Shown: positions 1-10,389, counted from the first letter of the stretch. The stretch is 40,799 nucleotides of DNA from Candidatus Hermodarchaeota archaeon (GCA_016840065.1 JAEOTB010000078.1:1-40799), one strand, 5' to 3'. Notes: a model not told the origin generated them from the sequence alone. Made by a program: numbers and translations.

Positions 1-2917
1 TTGCTGCAGCCAAAATCGCAGTACGCGCATTCAACGTTGCAACAATACCAGCCTTGGCTATACTAACAGAGTGTTGTTCCATGACTTCGTGTATTGCTGT
101 CCGATCCTGTGGGCGCATCTTATCGAATTCATCAATACACGCCAGCCCGCGATCGGCTAGGACGAGAGCACCGGCTTCCAATGTGAGCCCTTCTGTATCT
201 GGGTCCCGGAGCACAGCAGCAGTTAATCCTGCTGCCGTCGAACCCTTGCCACTTGTGTAGAGTCCCCTTGGAGCAAGACTAGTGACATACTTCAAGAGTT
301 GACTGTTGTGAACGATGAGGTTTCCTTGTGCTAGAAGAAAGTGGCCATCGGATGTAGCGATGTCATATACAGTTGTCTCATCGTTTATGTGTTCGATTTT
401 GGTGATTGGGTCCCAGAAAACATCAGAGTTGGCAAGTATTTCGAGCCACTTCAGGGAGGGTGATTGCACGTTTTTGGTTTGGAATTGGGTTAGTTTGGTG
501 ACTACTTTACTGAGATAATTTCGCCCCACCCGTTGTCGATAAGTTTTGCCGCGAAGTTCTCCCAAGAAGCTACGGGTCAAAGAGCCCCGTGGACCTCGGA
601 GTCCAAGTTCTTTTACTGTTTGTTTTAGTAGAGTACCAAAGTTGGGTATAATGTCTCGTGATTGATATCGTGTTCGGGATTTCAGTTGTTCGACTAGTTG
701 ATCGAGTTCTTCCTGTTTTTCAGTTGATACAAAGCCGATGTGTTTGTGATATTGGAGCAAATTCTCCCCTTGGATGCGTAATTGATGGTATACACGTCCT
801 TTGTAGAGTCCCTTTGTTATTGTTCTTCTCTTTACAGTGGCGTAGATATTGAGTGTTGATAAGAGGTCGCTTATCTGATAAGCAAGTTTTTTGCTCTTTG
901 TTATGGCGGCTACTGCAGCACCTCTCTTATCAACGGTGCCATCGCCTGAGAAATATGCAGATAGTAGATTACAACGGAATGAGTAGGGGGCAGTCAAGAA
1001 TAGGTCTGGTAGTCTCTTGTTTGCTGCTCCAGTTCCAAAGTTTTGCTTAAACCATTTGGCTATGCTGGATTGGCAGTACAAAATTCTTCGTTTGTACACG
1101 GAGGCTTTTCCAAAGACTGTTATTAGATCTTCTTCAACCACTGATTTGATTGAATTGCTTGATGAGGAGATGCAGACATTGTTGTCTTGGACGTTGCCCT
1201 CAGCAAGATAAATTCCAATAATTCGTGCTAGCGAGGAACTTAGTGGTAACCAGCGGGGGAACCATGATGTATCTCGCTTTCTTCTTAACCAAGAGCCTGA
1301 AGGGATTGGAATCCGCCCATGAATTACATCGCCCATAGTATTTGGTGTAACGTTCGCAACAGATGCCGCACTTCGTGCACAAGTCAATCCAGCATTAACT
1401 AGAGAGATTTGAGACTGTATTGTCTCTGTGCTTACTATGTCTGTTTGAGGGAACTCGTCTGTCAAATCTATGGCAGCTTGTTCCTCGTCGAAACTTAGAT
1501 TTCGAGCAATTGGTAGGTACATGCTTGGACGTAGGTCTTGGCTAGTGATTACCTTTAATTGCCCACTTTCAATTGTTGTAAATGAGTGGTCAGGTGTGGC
1601 AAGAACAGATCTTCCAGAACGAGTCTGAATCCGAACTAGGTGTTTAGTTTTATGGCGACTGACTTCGAATATCCGAGCTCGGTGCACCTTAAGCGTTAGC
1701 GGGTCCATCGCTTGTGTGAACAAGGGTGATTCGCCGTCAAGAGACAAGATTTCAGTATCGCCTTGAAGAATGGTTCGTTCAAAATTAGATTCCATTAGAG
1801 TGTCAATGAAGCGCCCAATTTTCTCTCGTGTCCATTTGACACCATTATCAGTTGATTGACCGATGTAAATTGATTCAGAGCCATCAATGCTCTTAGCTGT
1901 TCCGGGGTCGCCTACGAGGAGGATGTTAGAGTCACCTCGGATTTTGATGCCGTCGGAGAGTTCTTTTCCGACACCTCCGAAGAGTAGGAGGATTACTGCT
2001 TCTTTGATGTCGGTTAGTCCGTAGATGCTGGGGGCGACGCTGTTAATGATTTTTCTGTGTATGAGGGGGTCTTGGGAGAGTTTGATGATTTCTTCTTTTT
2101 CTTTGGGGGTGATTTCTAGGCGGTCTGCTTCGCGTTCTAGGACGTCAACAGAGTTTGTCATGAGGAATACGCTGAAGGTGGGTGCTGCCTTGCGGCGGAC
2201 TGCGGAGATGTCTTGTGAGGATTTTAGGACTCCTACTATTCGTACAGGATCACCAGGTCGGGCGAGGTCGACGAGGTCGTCTTGGAGGAAGCAGTCAAGG
2301 GCACGGGGTAGTGTGCCAGCTGGGAGTTCTTCGGGTTTTTCATGCAGGCGAATTTTTTGCCAGTCAGTGAACTTGGATTTTTCGGCGAGGAGATCAAAGG
2401 GTCCTCGTCGAGTTCCACAGGCTTTATCTGAGCAGAAAGGTGGTGGTGTGTACTGACTAGGTTGTGGGATTACCATTACATTTCCACATTGGCGGCATTT
2501 GAAAACCCCCTCAACAAGAAGGGGTTTGACGTCGCTTACACGGGTCACCATTGCATCTACTTTAATGAGTTTGCCAATGTGTTCGGATCGTATTTCTCGT
2601 ACAGAGACTTTGTCAGGTACCTCTCTGAAGCGTATATGGAATGTTTCGACGGTTCGTGCGTAATCTGGGATAACAACTCGTGCTATGCGGTGGATTGCCG
2701 TCGAGGCAGCCTCGATTGCAAGATCTGGGTGTTCACGGAGCGCCTTAGCTAGTTCAGGATCATGACCTGCGATATGGTCAAAGTAGACGACGACAGAACG
2801 TTTGTCACTGGTCTCAAGCCGTTCAATAGCGTCCCGATACGGGGTATCTCCCTCCACAGTCTTGAAGGAATTAAGGAAATCTTCAATTCGAGCTGCAAAA
2901 TCGATTTCCTCAGCCAC
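1..2917 (-). CDS. mcm: MCM replicative helicase (intein-containing; 3' end lies beyond the left edge of the window)
   Basis: Translated by hand; absent from the ORF track because it has no stop in the window. GTG at 2917 follows a GAGGTG SD and overlaps the gins stop. Reads [15 protein letters not shown]..., Zn finger CRQC...[33 protein letters not shown], Walker [12 protein letters not shown] split by an intein, [28 protein letters not shown], Walker [39 protein letters not shown]. Confidence 0.97.
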   Translation of the reverse strand, partial: MAEEIDFAARIEDFLNSFKTVEGDTPYRDAIERLETSDKRSVVVYFDHIAGHDPELAKALREHPDLAIEAASTAIHRIARVVIPDYARTVETFHIRFREVPDKVSVREIRSEHIGKLIKVDAMVTRVSDVKPLLVEGVFKCRQCGNVMVIPQPSQYTPPPFCSDKACGTRRGPFDLLAEKSKFTDWQKIRLHEKPEELPAGTLPRALDCFLQDDLVDLARPGDPVRIVGVLKSSQDISAVRRKAAPTFSVFLMTNSVDVLEREADRLEITPKEKEEIIKLSQDPLIHRKIINSVAPSIYGLTDIKEAVILLLFGGVGKELSDGIKIRGDSNILLVGDPGTAKSIDGSESIYIGQSTDNGVKWTREKIGRFIDTLMESNFERTILQGDTEILSLDGESPLFTQAMDPLTLKVHRARIFEVSRHKTKHLVRIQTRSGRSVLATPDHSFTTIESGQLKVITSQDLRPSMYLPIARNLSFDEEQAAIDLTDEFPQTDIVSTETIQSQISLVNAGLTCARSAASVANVTPNTMGDVIHGRIPIPSGSWLRRKRDTSWFPRWLPLSSSLARIIGIYLAEGNVQDNNVCISSSSNSIKSVVEEDLITVFGKASVYKRRILYCQSSIAKWFKQNFGTGAANKRLPDLFLTAPYSFRCNLLSAYFSGDGTVDKRGAAVAAITKSKKLAYQISDLLSTLNIYATVKRRTITKGLYKGRVYHQLRIQGENLLQYHKHIGFVSTEKQEELDQLVEQLKSRTRYQSRDIIPNFGTLLKQTVKELGLRGPRGSLTRSFLGELRGKTYRQRVGRNYLSKVVTKLTQFQTKNVQSPSLKWLEILANSDVFWDPITKIEHINDETTVYDIATSDGHFLLAQGNLIVHNSQLLKYVTSLAPRGLYTSGKGSTAAGLTAAVLRDPDTEGLTLEAGALVLADRGLACIDEFDKMRPQDRTAIHEVMEQHSVSIAKAGIVATLNARTAILAAA
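305..1891 (-). mobile_element. Intein with LAGLIDADG homing endonuclease (529 aa) inserted in MCM Walker A
   Basis: In-frame 1587-nt insertion between GDPGTAK and SQLL with no stops. Starts with Ser ([10 protein letters not shown]); block B ATPDHSF; LAGLIDADG motifs [12 protein letters not shown] and [10 protein letters not shown]; block F VFWDPI...TVYDI; ends with IVHN followed by +1 Ser. Confidence 0.96.
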
Positions 2918-3482
2918 CAGTTTCCACCTCTAATACTACCTTTTCCCAATTACGGAGAAGCTTTGTGAGCCGGTCGACTAGCCAACACTCCTCTTCCGTC
3001 ATATTATTCTTTATCTCGTCAAGACGATCCTCACGTAAGGATATTTTCATTAATTTCAGGAGGCGGCTTGTTACAAGATCTCTCAAGAGGCGTTCCATTT
3101 TACTTTGTGCAGCAAGACGAACTTGGTTGGGTGATTGCTGGTTCTCTTTTATGAGTTGAGTAATGCGTTGTTTTATAATGAGAAAATAATCCGGTGTTAA
3201 TTGCTGGAGATCTGGTTCACTAGTCTCACGCCAAAGAGCTTTTTGAAGTTCAGATGGACCTATTTCAGTGTCCTTAATCTTAACCTTTTTTTGAGATAAC
3301 AGCACTCCAACAATCCATCGAGGCAAATCAGTTTCACGATCCTTTTGAAATGGACCGTATGTAATATTTTGAACCGTGAATTCACCAATATCTTCGAGAA
3401 CAACTACAGTTACCAAGGAATTTCTAAATTCAAACAGGATATCGTCATACATTGTTTTGACTGTCATCATCTCACGATCCAT
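2910..3482 (-). CDS. gins23: GINS complex subunit (Gins23/Psf2-like)
   Basis: 190 aa. N-terminal beta domain with YGPF...[10 protein letters not shown], then a helical domain with [18 protein letters not shown] and NMTEEE. Directly upstream of and overlapping mcm. Confidence 0.85.
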   Translation of the reverse strand: MDREMMTVKTMYDDILFEFRNSLVTVVVLEDIGEFTVQNITYGPFQKDRETDLPRWIVGVLLSQKKVKIKDTEIGPSELQKALWRETSEPDLQQLTPDYFLIIKQRITQLIKENQQSPNQVRLAAQSKMERLLRDLVTSRLLKLMKISLREDRLDEIKNNMTEEECWLVDRLTKLLRNWEKVVLEVETGG

Positions 3483-3492
3483 TTAGGTACTT

Positions 3493-4716
3493 TCACTTTT
3501 CTTCGGGTTCACCGTCTTCAGCAAGTCGACGGCGGAGGATTTCACCTACTCTTTCATCAAATATCTCAACGGGAATATCCATAAGTGTCAACCGAGCCCG
3601 CCTCCCTCGTTGGCCACCACCTATACTTTCCACAACTTTTCCGATAATACCTAATCTCGCAAGCGCATCGATTGTTTTTCGGAAAGTAGGCATTGCTTGT
3701 TTTGTAGCGCCATATTCTTCGCAGATAATTTGGTAACTTTCAAATACCTTAAGAAAAGTTGTTGCTTGACTCATTTCTAATTTCAGTTGACGAGAAACAG
3801 CAGCGAGAACAAGCAGTTCTTGGTAACGCAAACTGTACAACACATCTGAGCGAAGTTCGGAGAATACTTCCTGCTTTGCTCTTCGTATCATTTCGGGGGT
3901 AATAGGTCGAACGTTATACCTATCAGCTGCTTTACCAGCCCACAGTAGCATTTCAATACCATGACGAGCGTTTTTAGTTGCCGCAGCAATATTAGCTACC
4001 ATTCGTAAAATGTCATCGGGGACAATATTACCATGGAAGGCTAGTTCTGTTCTGTATTTTAGAATCTGATAAAGTTCCTCTTCATTATAAGGAGGCATCT
4101 CAATACGGTCGTTTAGTCTCCCTGAAAGTGGAAAACTTAGACTATTTTGCCAGTCTGTTGTTCGACATGCTATTAGAGTAGAGATGTATGCCTGTCCGTG
4201 ATTCGCAACTTCACTTGAGTGAATAAGACTCAACAAGTCCTGTCCTAATAGATACGCTTCGTCAAGGCAGAGCACTAACCGTGTGTTCTCGCGTAGAAGC
4301 CGTTTGTTGAGCATACTCGTAATCTCTTCATCTGAGAACCCTCGACTTGTAACCTTGAACCGTTCTGTTAGGAGATCTCGAAGAATAGCACTCTTTGTAC
4401 GAAACATGAAACAATCATAGTATTCGAACCTCACCCCGCCTGATGTACCTCGTTTTGCTGCTACCTTCTCTAGCGCACGCCCAAAGAATTTAATTGAAGC
4501 AGTTTTTCCTGTTCCTGGACGTCCTACGACTGCTACATTTACTGCATAAGCACCTTCATCATTCAGTAGCGGCTTGAAAGTATGACTAAGACGAATTAAT
4601 TGTGATTCTCTATTGGGTAGTTTGGATGGTATAAACGCGGGGTGGAGCGTTTCTTCGTTCTTAAACACTGTAGCACTCAATAAGGCTCTTTCAATTAAAT
4701 CATCATCAGAACACAA
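3493..4716 (-). CDS. cdc6: Orc1/Cdc6 replication initiation protein
   Basis: VFKNEETLHPAFIPSKLPNRE N-terminus, Walker A GRPGTGKT, Walker B CLDEA, PPYNEEELYQILKYR, NARHGIEML sensor-2 region, C-terminal winged helix ending GQRGR. Confidence 0.95.
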   Translation of the reverse strand: MCSDDDLIERALLSATVFKNEETLHPAFIPSKLPNRESQLIRLSHTFKPLLNDEGAYAVNVAVVGRPGTGKTASIKFFGRALEKVAAKRGTSGGVRFEYYDCFMFRTKSAILRDLLTERFKVTSRGFSDEEITSMLNKRLLRENTRLVLCLDEAYLLGQDLLSLIHSSEVANHGQAYISTLIACRTTDWQNSLSFPLSGRLNDRIEMPPYNEEELYQILKYRTELAFHGNIVPDDILRMVANIAAATKNARHGIEMLLWAGKAADRYNVRPITPEMIRRAKQEVFSELRSDVLYSLRYQELLVLAAVSRQLKLEMSQATTFLKVFESYQIICEEYGATKQAMPTFRKTIDALARLGIIGKVVESIGGGQRGRRARLTLMDIPVEIFDERVGEILRRRLAEDGEPEEK

Positions 4717-4751
4717 GTATTATCCCTACCGTATGTTGTGTTAACATCTAA

Positions 4752-4780
4752 TTTCAAAGTGAAAGACAGCTAATAAAAGA
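4752..4780 (-). promoter_or_regulatory. Putative cdc6 promoter: TATA-like TTTTATTA followed by a short palindrome TTTCA-N3-TGAAA
   Basis: Minus-strand TTTTATTA at 4778-4771 and an inverted repeat at 4752-4764, about 35-60 nt upstream of the TTG start. Confidence 0.35.
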
Positions 4781-4855
4781 TTACCCACACCGAGTTACAA
4801 CTGAACAAAGTACCCACGCCTTCCTTCTCGTGAAGAATCGGCGTAGATTCAACCG

Positions 4856-5095
4856 CTATCGTCTTCGTTTTGGTTTCTCTTTTTCCTTCGAGCTTAGCCA
4901 CCAATCTAAATAATCGCGACGACGTTGAGCTTTAGCGTCATCTTGGTCTTCACGTCGGTAAGCATCCCGCTGTTCATCCCAAGATCGGTCTAGCTCTCCA
5001 CGAGAAAGGGCGAGTCCGCATCGTTGACAAACATATCTGCTTGATCGGCTATCATACTTCATTTTGGGAGACGCGCATTCGGGACAACGCACCAT
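4856..5095 (-). CDS. Small TFIIB-type zinc-ribbon protein of unknown function
   Basis: 79 aa; CPEC-x15-CQRC, charged helix, YLDWWLSSK tail; AGGTGA SD upstream. Confidence 0.85.
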   Translation of the reverse strand: MVRCPECASPKMKYDSRSSRYVCQRCGLALSRGELDRSWDEQRDAYRREDQDDAKAQRRRDYLDWWLSSKEKEKPKRRR

Positions 5096-5205
5096 TTGTA
5101 ATCACCTTTTTCTTAGAAGAGCTACTGAACCGGTTGCTTTAACTGTTGTTATAAACGTCTTCAAAAGAAAGCAAGCTAATGTCTAGTCTTGACATGAAAA
5201 CCATT

Positions 5206-7038
5206 TCACAGCACAGTTACTGCTTTCGCTAAATTTCTAGGTTGATCAGGGCTGAATCCACGCTGAATTGCAGCATAATATGCTAGAAATTGGAGTGGAA
5301 CTACGTAACCTATTGGTGAAAATATATTTGATAACGTAGGAGGCATTGCTACAACTCTGTCGCTTAACTCAATAAGACGCTCATCTTCACTCGAACATAT
5401 CGTGATAATTTCAGCTAAACGTGACTTCATCTCCATGATATTACCGAGAATAAAGCGTCGAGTTCTATCATTGGGGGCTACAAAAACAACAGGGAAACCT
5501 TCTTCAACAAGAGCGATAGGTCCGTGTTTTGACTCGCCAGCAGGATAACCTTCCGCGTGAACATAAGCAAGTTCTTTAATTTTCAATGCCCCTTCCATTG
5601 CTGTAGCTCTACTTATCCCGCGACCTAGAAAGAAGAAACTAGGTTTTGCCACGTATTGCTGTGCAGTTTCCTTGACGAGACTCTCCCGGTTTCGAATGAT
5701 AGATTGGAGTAAATCGGGAATTTTATTCAATTTCAAGAATAGTTCACTAGCTTCTCTATGTTTTTGTTTACCAGTTATTTCACCGAGGTGAATAGAAAGA
5801 CTAGCCAAACACGCTAGTTGGGTAACGAAGGTTTTTGTGGCAGCAACACCGATTTCTGGCCCCGCTTGTGTATAGAGAACATCATCGGCTAAACGAGTGA
5901 TAGAGCTATCAACAGTATTTGTAATTGCTAGAATAGTGCAACCCTGCCGCTTTAAACCCTTAAGAGCATGTAGCGTATCTATTGTTTCTCCTGACTGCGA
6001 AACTGCAATAATAACTGCGTCGTTGCCCAGACTAGTATCGATGATTTCTGGGGATTCTGAGGCTACAACACTGTGCATGAATCGCCCTGCAATTTGAGAA
6101 AACATGTATCTTGAAGCTAGTGTTGCATGGTATGATGTTCCTGCAGCAACCGCGCAAACCGTTTGGTGTTTATTAATTTCTTCAGCGAATTTCTGTAGCT
6201 TTTCCTTTCGTATGCGCAATGTATCAAGGAGAGCCCGTGGCTGTTCATGGATTTCCTTTAACATGAAATGAGGATAACCACCCTTCTCAGCCATATCGAG
6301 AGTCCATTGAACAGTAGTCGGTTGCCTCGGTGGGAGCTGAGCAAGGCCTCCCGTTGAAAGTAGTCGATAAAGAACTGCACCTTGAGCTGTCAGGCATGCG
6401 ATTTCTCCATCTTCTAATACTAGAGTTTTCCGGGTCATTGGTAGGAAAGCTGGAACATCTGACGCACAATAGAAACCAGTGGTGCCAAGTCCTAGTAGAA
6501 GTGGACTCTCTTTTCGTGCGCATACGAGTGCCGTGCCACTTGTATCCAAAACCGCTATAGCATAACTACCCTCTATTTGGGGAAGGATCTTTGCCACAGC
6601 CTGAACGAGTTCTTTTGTGGTTTGTAGAGATTCCTCGATGAGATGCGGAAGTACTTCTGTATCAGTTTCGGAGAGCAAAATGTGTCCTCGATCAACTAAT
6701 GATTCGCGGAGTTCTTGGTAATTTTCAATTATCCCGTTATGCACAACAGCGATACGATTCGAGCAGTCAATGTGTGGATGAGCGTTTTGACGTGAAGGAG
6801 GTCCGTGAGTTGCCCAACGTGTGTGGCCGATACCAATTACTCCTGGTAGAGCATCGAAGTTCAATCGTCTATGAATATCATCAATTTTTCCTTTGTCCTT
6901 CTTGATATAGATACGTCCTGCATTTACAGTCGCAATTCCACTTGAGTCGTATCCACGGTATTCAAGTCGTTTCAGTGATTGCCTGATAAGTGGAGCAACT
7001 AGACCTTGGACAAGCACTGCTCCAATAATACCACACAC
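5206..7038 (-). CDS. glmS: Glutamine-fructose-6-phosphate transaminase (isomerizing)
   Basis: Start placed at GTG 7038 so that catalytic Cys is N-terminal (MCGIIG). RLEYRGYDS, GHTRWATHG, HNGIIEN, SQSGET, EGALKIKE, C-terminal PRNLAKAVTV. Confidence 0.97.
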   Translation of the reverse strand: MCGIIGAVLVQGLVAPLIRQSLKRLEYRGYDSSGIATVNAGRIYIKKDKGKIDDIHRRLNFDALPGVIGIGHTRWATHGPPSRQNAHPHIDCSNRIAVVHNGIIENYQELRESLVDRGHILLSETDTEVLPHLIEESLQTTKELVQAVAKILPQIEGSYAIAVLDTSGTALVCARKESPLLLGLGTTGFYCASDVPAFLPMTRKTLVLEDGEIACLTAQGAVLYRLLSTGGLAQLPPRQPTTVQWTLDMAEKGGYPHFMLKEIHEQPRALLDTLRIRKEKLQKFAEEINKHQTVCAVAAGTSYHATLASRYMFSQIAGRFMHSVVASESPEIIDTSLGNDAVIIAVSQSGETIDTLHALKGLKRQGCTILAITNTVDSSITRLADDVLYTQAGPEIGVAATKTFVTQLACLASLSIHLGEITGKQKHREASELFLKLNKIPDLLQSIIRNRESLVKETAQQYVAKPSFFFLGRGISRATAMEGALKIKELAYVHAEGYPAGESKHGPIALVEEGFPVVFVAPNDRTRRFILGNIMEMKSRLAEIITICSSEDERLIELSDRVVAMPPTLSNIFSPIGYVVPLQFLAYYAAIQRGFSPDQPRNLAKAVTVL

Positions 7039-7055
7039 ACTGAACACCTTAGAAT

Positions 7056-7072
7056 AACCCTAGTCTAGGGTT
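7056..7072. promoter_or_regulatory. Perfect palindrome AACCCTAG-T-CTAGGGTT upstream of glmS (candidate operator)
   Basis: 8-bp arms with a 1-nt spacer, lying between a TATA-like TTTTATTAAG (minus strand, about 7087-7078) and the AAGGTG SD of glmS. Confidence 0.5.
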
Positions 7073-7143
7073 TCACTCTTAATAAAATTAACTGCTTTTA
7101 CGTATATAACAGTTAAATATTTGTAGTGAATGCAAGTAACTAG

Positions 7144-8769
7144 TCACTCTAACCGCTTGACCACATAGGGTCCTTCAGATTCATAGCCGTAGCGACGATA
7201 ATACTGTCGGACACCAATGCCGCTTGTGCATACAATGCGACGGGAACCCTGATTCCGTGCATATTCCTCTGCAGCAGTAAGAAGATGTTCTCCAAGCCCA
7301 CGATGTTGCCATGCATCTCCAGATTTTCTACCCATTTCAGCTACTAGTCCAAAGACATGCAACTCCCTAAGCAAGGCCGCATCTAGACCCTGGATTTCGG
7401 ACCGATGAGTATCATCACTGGGAATTCGTAAGCGGAGATACCCTACTAGCATGTCCAATTCAGGCTCTTCGAAAGAGAAGAAGATTTCAGTTCCGTTTGA
7501 AGCGGAGAACTCGTCAACACGGAGTTCCAATGCTTCAATGTCGAGAATCGAACTACACAGGAACTTGGTACGCGCTTTGTAGCCAGCCTCCCTATAACGA
7601 ATTGTGCGAATTGGATAGCCTTTCTCCTCAGCTCTCCGGAAGACAAGCTGAGTCAAGTTACCTGCGTTAGGTCCAGCAACAATGAGGCTTCTAGGTATAT
7701 CTCGTTGCATTCTCTGAATTCGTACATAATGGGGTATGTGCGGCATTGCTTCCGCGAGGAGGTCAACTACCTGTTCGGTTGAATAAGGTGAATATTCACC
7801 TTTTCGCCATATCTCAAACAATTCACTCCCACGTAACACAAGGCAGGGATAGATTTTGAGTAAATCGGGTTTAAACTCTTGACGCCGGAATAATGTCTTG
7901 AACATTTGGAGATCACGTTCTAGAGAAGCATCCAGTGAATCAGATATTCCAGAAAAATTATTCAATCCTGGCATGATGTGGTAACAAATTTTGAGACCTG
8001 CATCTCGAGCTATCTGAGTAGCATCAATCACACTCGAGATGGTGTGTCCACGCTGTATACGTTCGTAGACATCGTTGTAGATGGTTTGGACTCCGATTTC
8101 TACGCGTGTAGCACCGAGTGACAGCATCATATCAACATGATTTGTGCTGCAGTAATCAGACCTAGTTTCTATTGTTATCCCCACAGGTCTAACGGGACCC
8201 ACTTCTGCCCATCTTGTAGCTTCTTCTATACTAGAGGCATCCCTTCCATTCATGGCATCAAAGCATCGTTTCATAAAGGCGTGTTGATAAACCTCAGGGG
8301 CGGAGAGGAAGGTGCCGCCCATCACGATTAATTCAATTTTGTCCGTACTGTGCCCCATATCTCGTAGCTGCTCTAGACGGTTGGCTACCTGGCGATAAGC
8401 ATCAAACTCGTTTTGTCTCGCTCGAAGGGTCGCCGGTTCTTCCCCTACGTACGCCTTCGGTGCCGTAGGCAAATTTGTCGGACAATAGATGCACTGCCCT
8501 GGACACTTCATTGGTTTTGCCATGACAGCGACTATGGCGACTCCTGAGAGTGTTCGAGTTGGTTTCTTTCGTAGAACTTTGACGACTACACGTTTTTCCT
8601 CTTCGGTAGCAAAGGAAAGAATCTCAACATCAGAGGGGAATCGGGGTAAATGGTAACGTCTACAAAGGCGTCGTTTTAATTTCTGGAGTTCCTCTTTGTT
8701 ACCAACACGACCTTTCAGTACTTCACGAATTATTGCTTTCGCTACCTGCTGCAATTCAGCATTCACCAT
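7144..8769 (-). CDS. elp3: Elp3 radical SAM/GNAT tRNA U34 modification enzyme
   Basis: KPTRTLSGVAIVAVM, CPGQCIYCP cluster motif, MGGTF, TIETR, RVEIGVQ, LKIYPCLV, RELHVFG, WQHRGLG, SGIGVRQYY. Confidence 0.96.
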   Translation of the reverse strand: MVNAELQQVAKAIIREVLKGRVGNKEELQKLKRRLCRRYHLPRFPSDVEILSFATEEEKRVVVKVLRKKPTRTLSGVAIVAVMAKPMKCPGQCIYCPTNLPTAPKAYVGEEPATLRARQNEFDAYRQVANRLEQLRDMGHSTDKIELIVMGGTFLSAPEVYQHAFMKRCFDAMNGRDASSIEEATRWAEVGPVRPVGITIETRSDYCSTNHVDMMLSLGATRVEIGVQTIYNDVYERIQRGHTISSVIDATQIARDAGLKICYHIMPGLNNFSGISDSLDASLERDLQMFKTLFRRQEFKPDLLKIYPCLVLRGSELFEIWRKGEYSPYSTEQVVDLLAEAMPHIPHYVRIQRMQRDIPRSLIVAGPNAGNLTQLVFRRAEEKGYPIRTIRYREAGYKARTKFLCSSILDIEALELRVDEFSASNGTEIFFSFEEPELDMLVGYLRLRIPSDDTHRSEIQGLDAALLRELHVFGLVAEMGRKSGDAWQHRGLGEHLLTAAEEYARNQGSRRIVCTSGIGVRQYYRRYGYESEGPYVVKRLE

Positions 8770-8838
8770 TAAGATTTGAAGCCTCTTGTAGAGAAAGAAA
8801 AACTGCGATAGTACCGAGTGGGCTGCTACTTCGTACCT

Positions 8839-9021
8839 CTATCTTCTTCTCATTCGTTCGGGTTTAGGTTGACCTACTGCTACATCTTCAAGAACTCTTT
8901 TGATGTAGTTGCGTCGGTTTCGTAGCCGAGGAATAGGAGTTCGGCGTACCTTTCCTTTAACCTTGGGAGTTTGACTCCTTACCTTACCAGCTTTAGTTAA
9001 AGATCCGTGGGAGCCTGGCAT
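8839..9021 (-). CDS. rps30e: Ribosomal protein eS30
   Basis: HGSLTKAGKVRSQTPKV signature; basic, 60 aa. Confidence 0.96.
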   Translation of the reverse strand: MPGSHGSLTKAGKVRSQTPKVKGKVRRTPIPRLRNRRNYIKRVLEDVAVGQPKPERMRRR

Positions 9022-9135
9022 ATTTCATCACTACCTCGGTGTTTACTCGTCAAGCTTTAAGGATTTCCGTTTTATCCACAGTAGGAAGTTTTTTACCATA
9101 GATTTGGTTGGTAGGATTCGTTTGGTGTATAATTA

Positions 9136-10389
9136 ATGGACGTAGTCCTAGTTCTGAGTTTTCACGGAGTATGCTGTGTAGACGAACACATGAACCTCAT
9201 CACCAAAGTCAAGTTTAGTGAAGAGGTTGACGAAGCTTCTGCAAGTATTGAAAGAATTCTTAATGGTGAAAGGGATCCTGTTCTAGAGGAATTCTTCACC
9301 CGATTAGCCGAGAAGAACATAACACGGCTATTAGTTGAGTCAAGGCACTTGGCTGAGGAAATGGCACGAGTCTATGGGATCAAAACTGTTCACTCAGAGG
9401 ACATTGTTTTATGGCGCAAAGTTAGAAGCAAGCTTCTATCACCACTTGTAACCTCTAAACATCGCCAGCTACTCAGAGAAATCGCCTTGGAAATTTCAAG
9501 AAGTGCAATCCGAGAAGCTTCAGAGCGAAAGGATCAGTTAATCATACAAGCAATGGGTACGTTAGACGAAATCGAGAGAACATTGAACCTCTTCATATCG
9601 AGGCTCCGCGAATATTATGGTCTGCACTTTCCTGAAGCTGCACAGCGTCTAGAAAACGCGCACAGTCTTGTACGACTTATAGTTGAAGGGGGACAACGCG
9701 CTTCTATCCGTGAGAATGCGGAATTAATGGCGACGCTACCGAAAACAACAAGAAAAACGCTTACAGCACAGCAATCAATGGGCGCTAAGATTGGTGCCTC
9801 AGATATAGCGATTATTCAGAGATTAGCACAACAGTACATCAACCTCCACAATTATAGAGAACAAATAGAAAAATACTTAGACAAAGCGATGCAAGAAGTA
9901 GCCATTAACCTTAGAGGCCTAATTGGCCCAATTTTAGGAGCTAGACTAATCAGTTCGGCGGGAAGTATTGAGAAACTCGCACGACTTCCAGCAAGCACGA
10001 TTCAAGTTCTTGGCGCAGAAAAAGCACTCTTTCGGGCACTAAAAACTGGAGCTCGCCCCCCCAAACATGGTGTCATCTTTCAGCATACCTTAATTCATTC
10101 TGCACCTTGGTGGCAACGAGGTAAAATCGCGAGAGTATTGGCAGGTAAAATTGCTATTGCAGCACGGATTGATTTCTACGGTGGACAGTATCTAGCAGAG
10201 GAACTGAAACATAGTGTCACTAAACGGATAGAGGAAATTAGGAGGAAATACCCAACAGGGCCAAAGGAAAGGAAGATTGAGGGGAAGCCTCACAGACAAC
10301 AACGGGCACCTTCTAGGAGGAAAAGATACTCTCAAAAGACTGGTCCCAAAAGACGTCCGGCACGAGAAAAGAGGAGGGCAGAACGTTGA
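9136..10389 (+). CDS. nop5: Box C/D RNP protein Nop5 (Nop56/58)
   Basis: DQLIIQA, RLREYYGLHFPE, LPASTIQVLGAEKALFRAL, PPKHGVIF, RGKIAR; basic tail; upstream of fibrillarin. Confidence 0.96.
   Translation: MDVVLVLSFHGVCCVDEHMNLITKVKFSEEVDEASASIERILNGERDPVLEEFFTRLAEKNITRLLVESRHLAEEMARVYGIKTVHSEDIVLWRKVRSKLLSPLVTSKHRQLLREIALEISRSAIREASERKDQLIIQAMGTLDEIERTLNLFISRLREYYGLHFPEAAQRLENAHSLVRLIVEGGQRASIRENAELMATLPKTTRKTLTAQQSMGAKIGASDIAIIQRLAQQYINLHNYREQIEKYLDKAMQEVAINLRGLIGPILGARLISSAGSIEKLARLPASTIQVLGAEKALFRALKTGARPPKHGVIFQHTLIHSAPWWQRGKIARVLAGKIAIAARIDFYGGQYLAEELKHSVTKRIEEIRRKYPTGPKERKIEGKPHRQQRAPSRRKRYSQKTGPKRRPAREKRRAER

Noticed and set aside
54-2968. Short ORFs listed over the mcm/intein region
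   Set aside because: They are antisense or alternate-frame shadows of the continuous mcm+intein frame and show no recognisable motifs.
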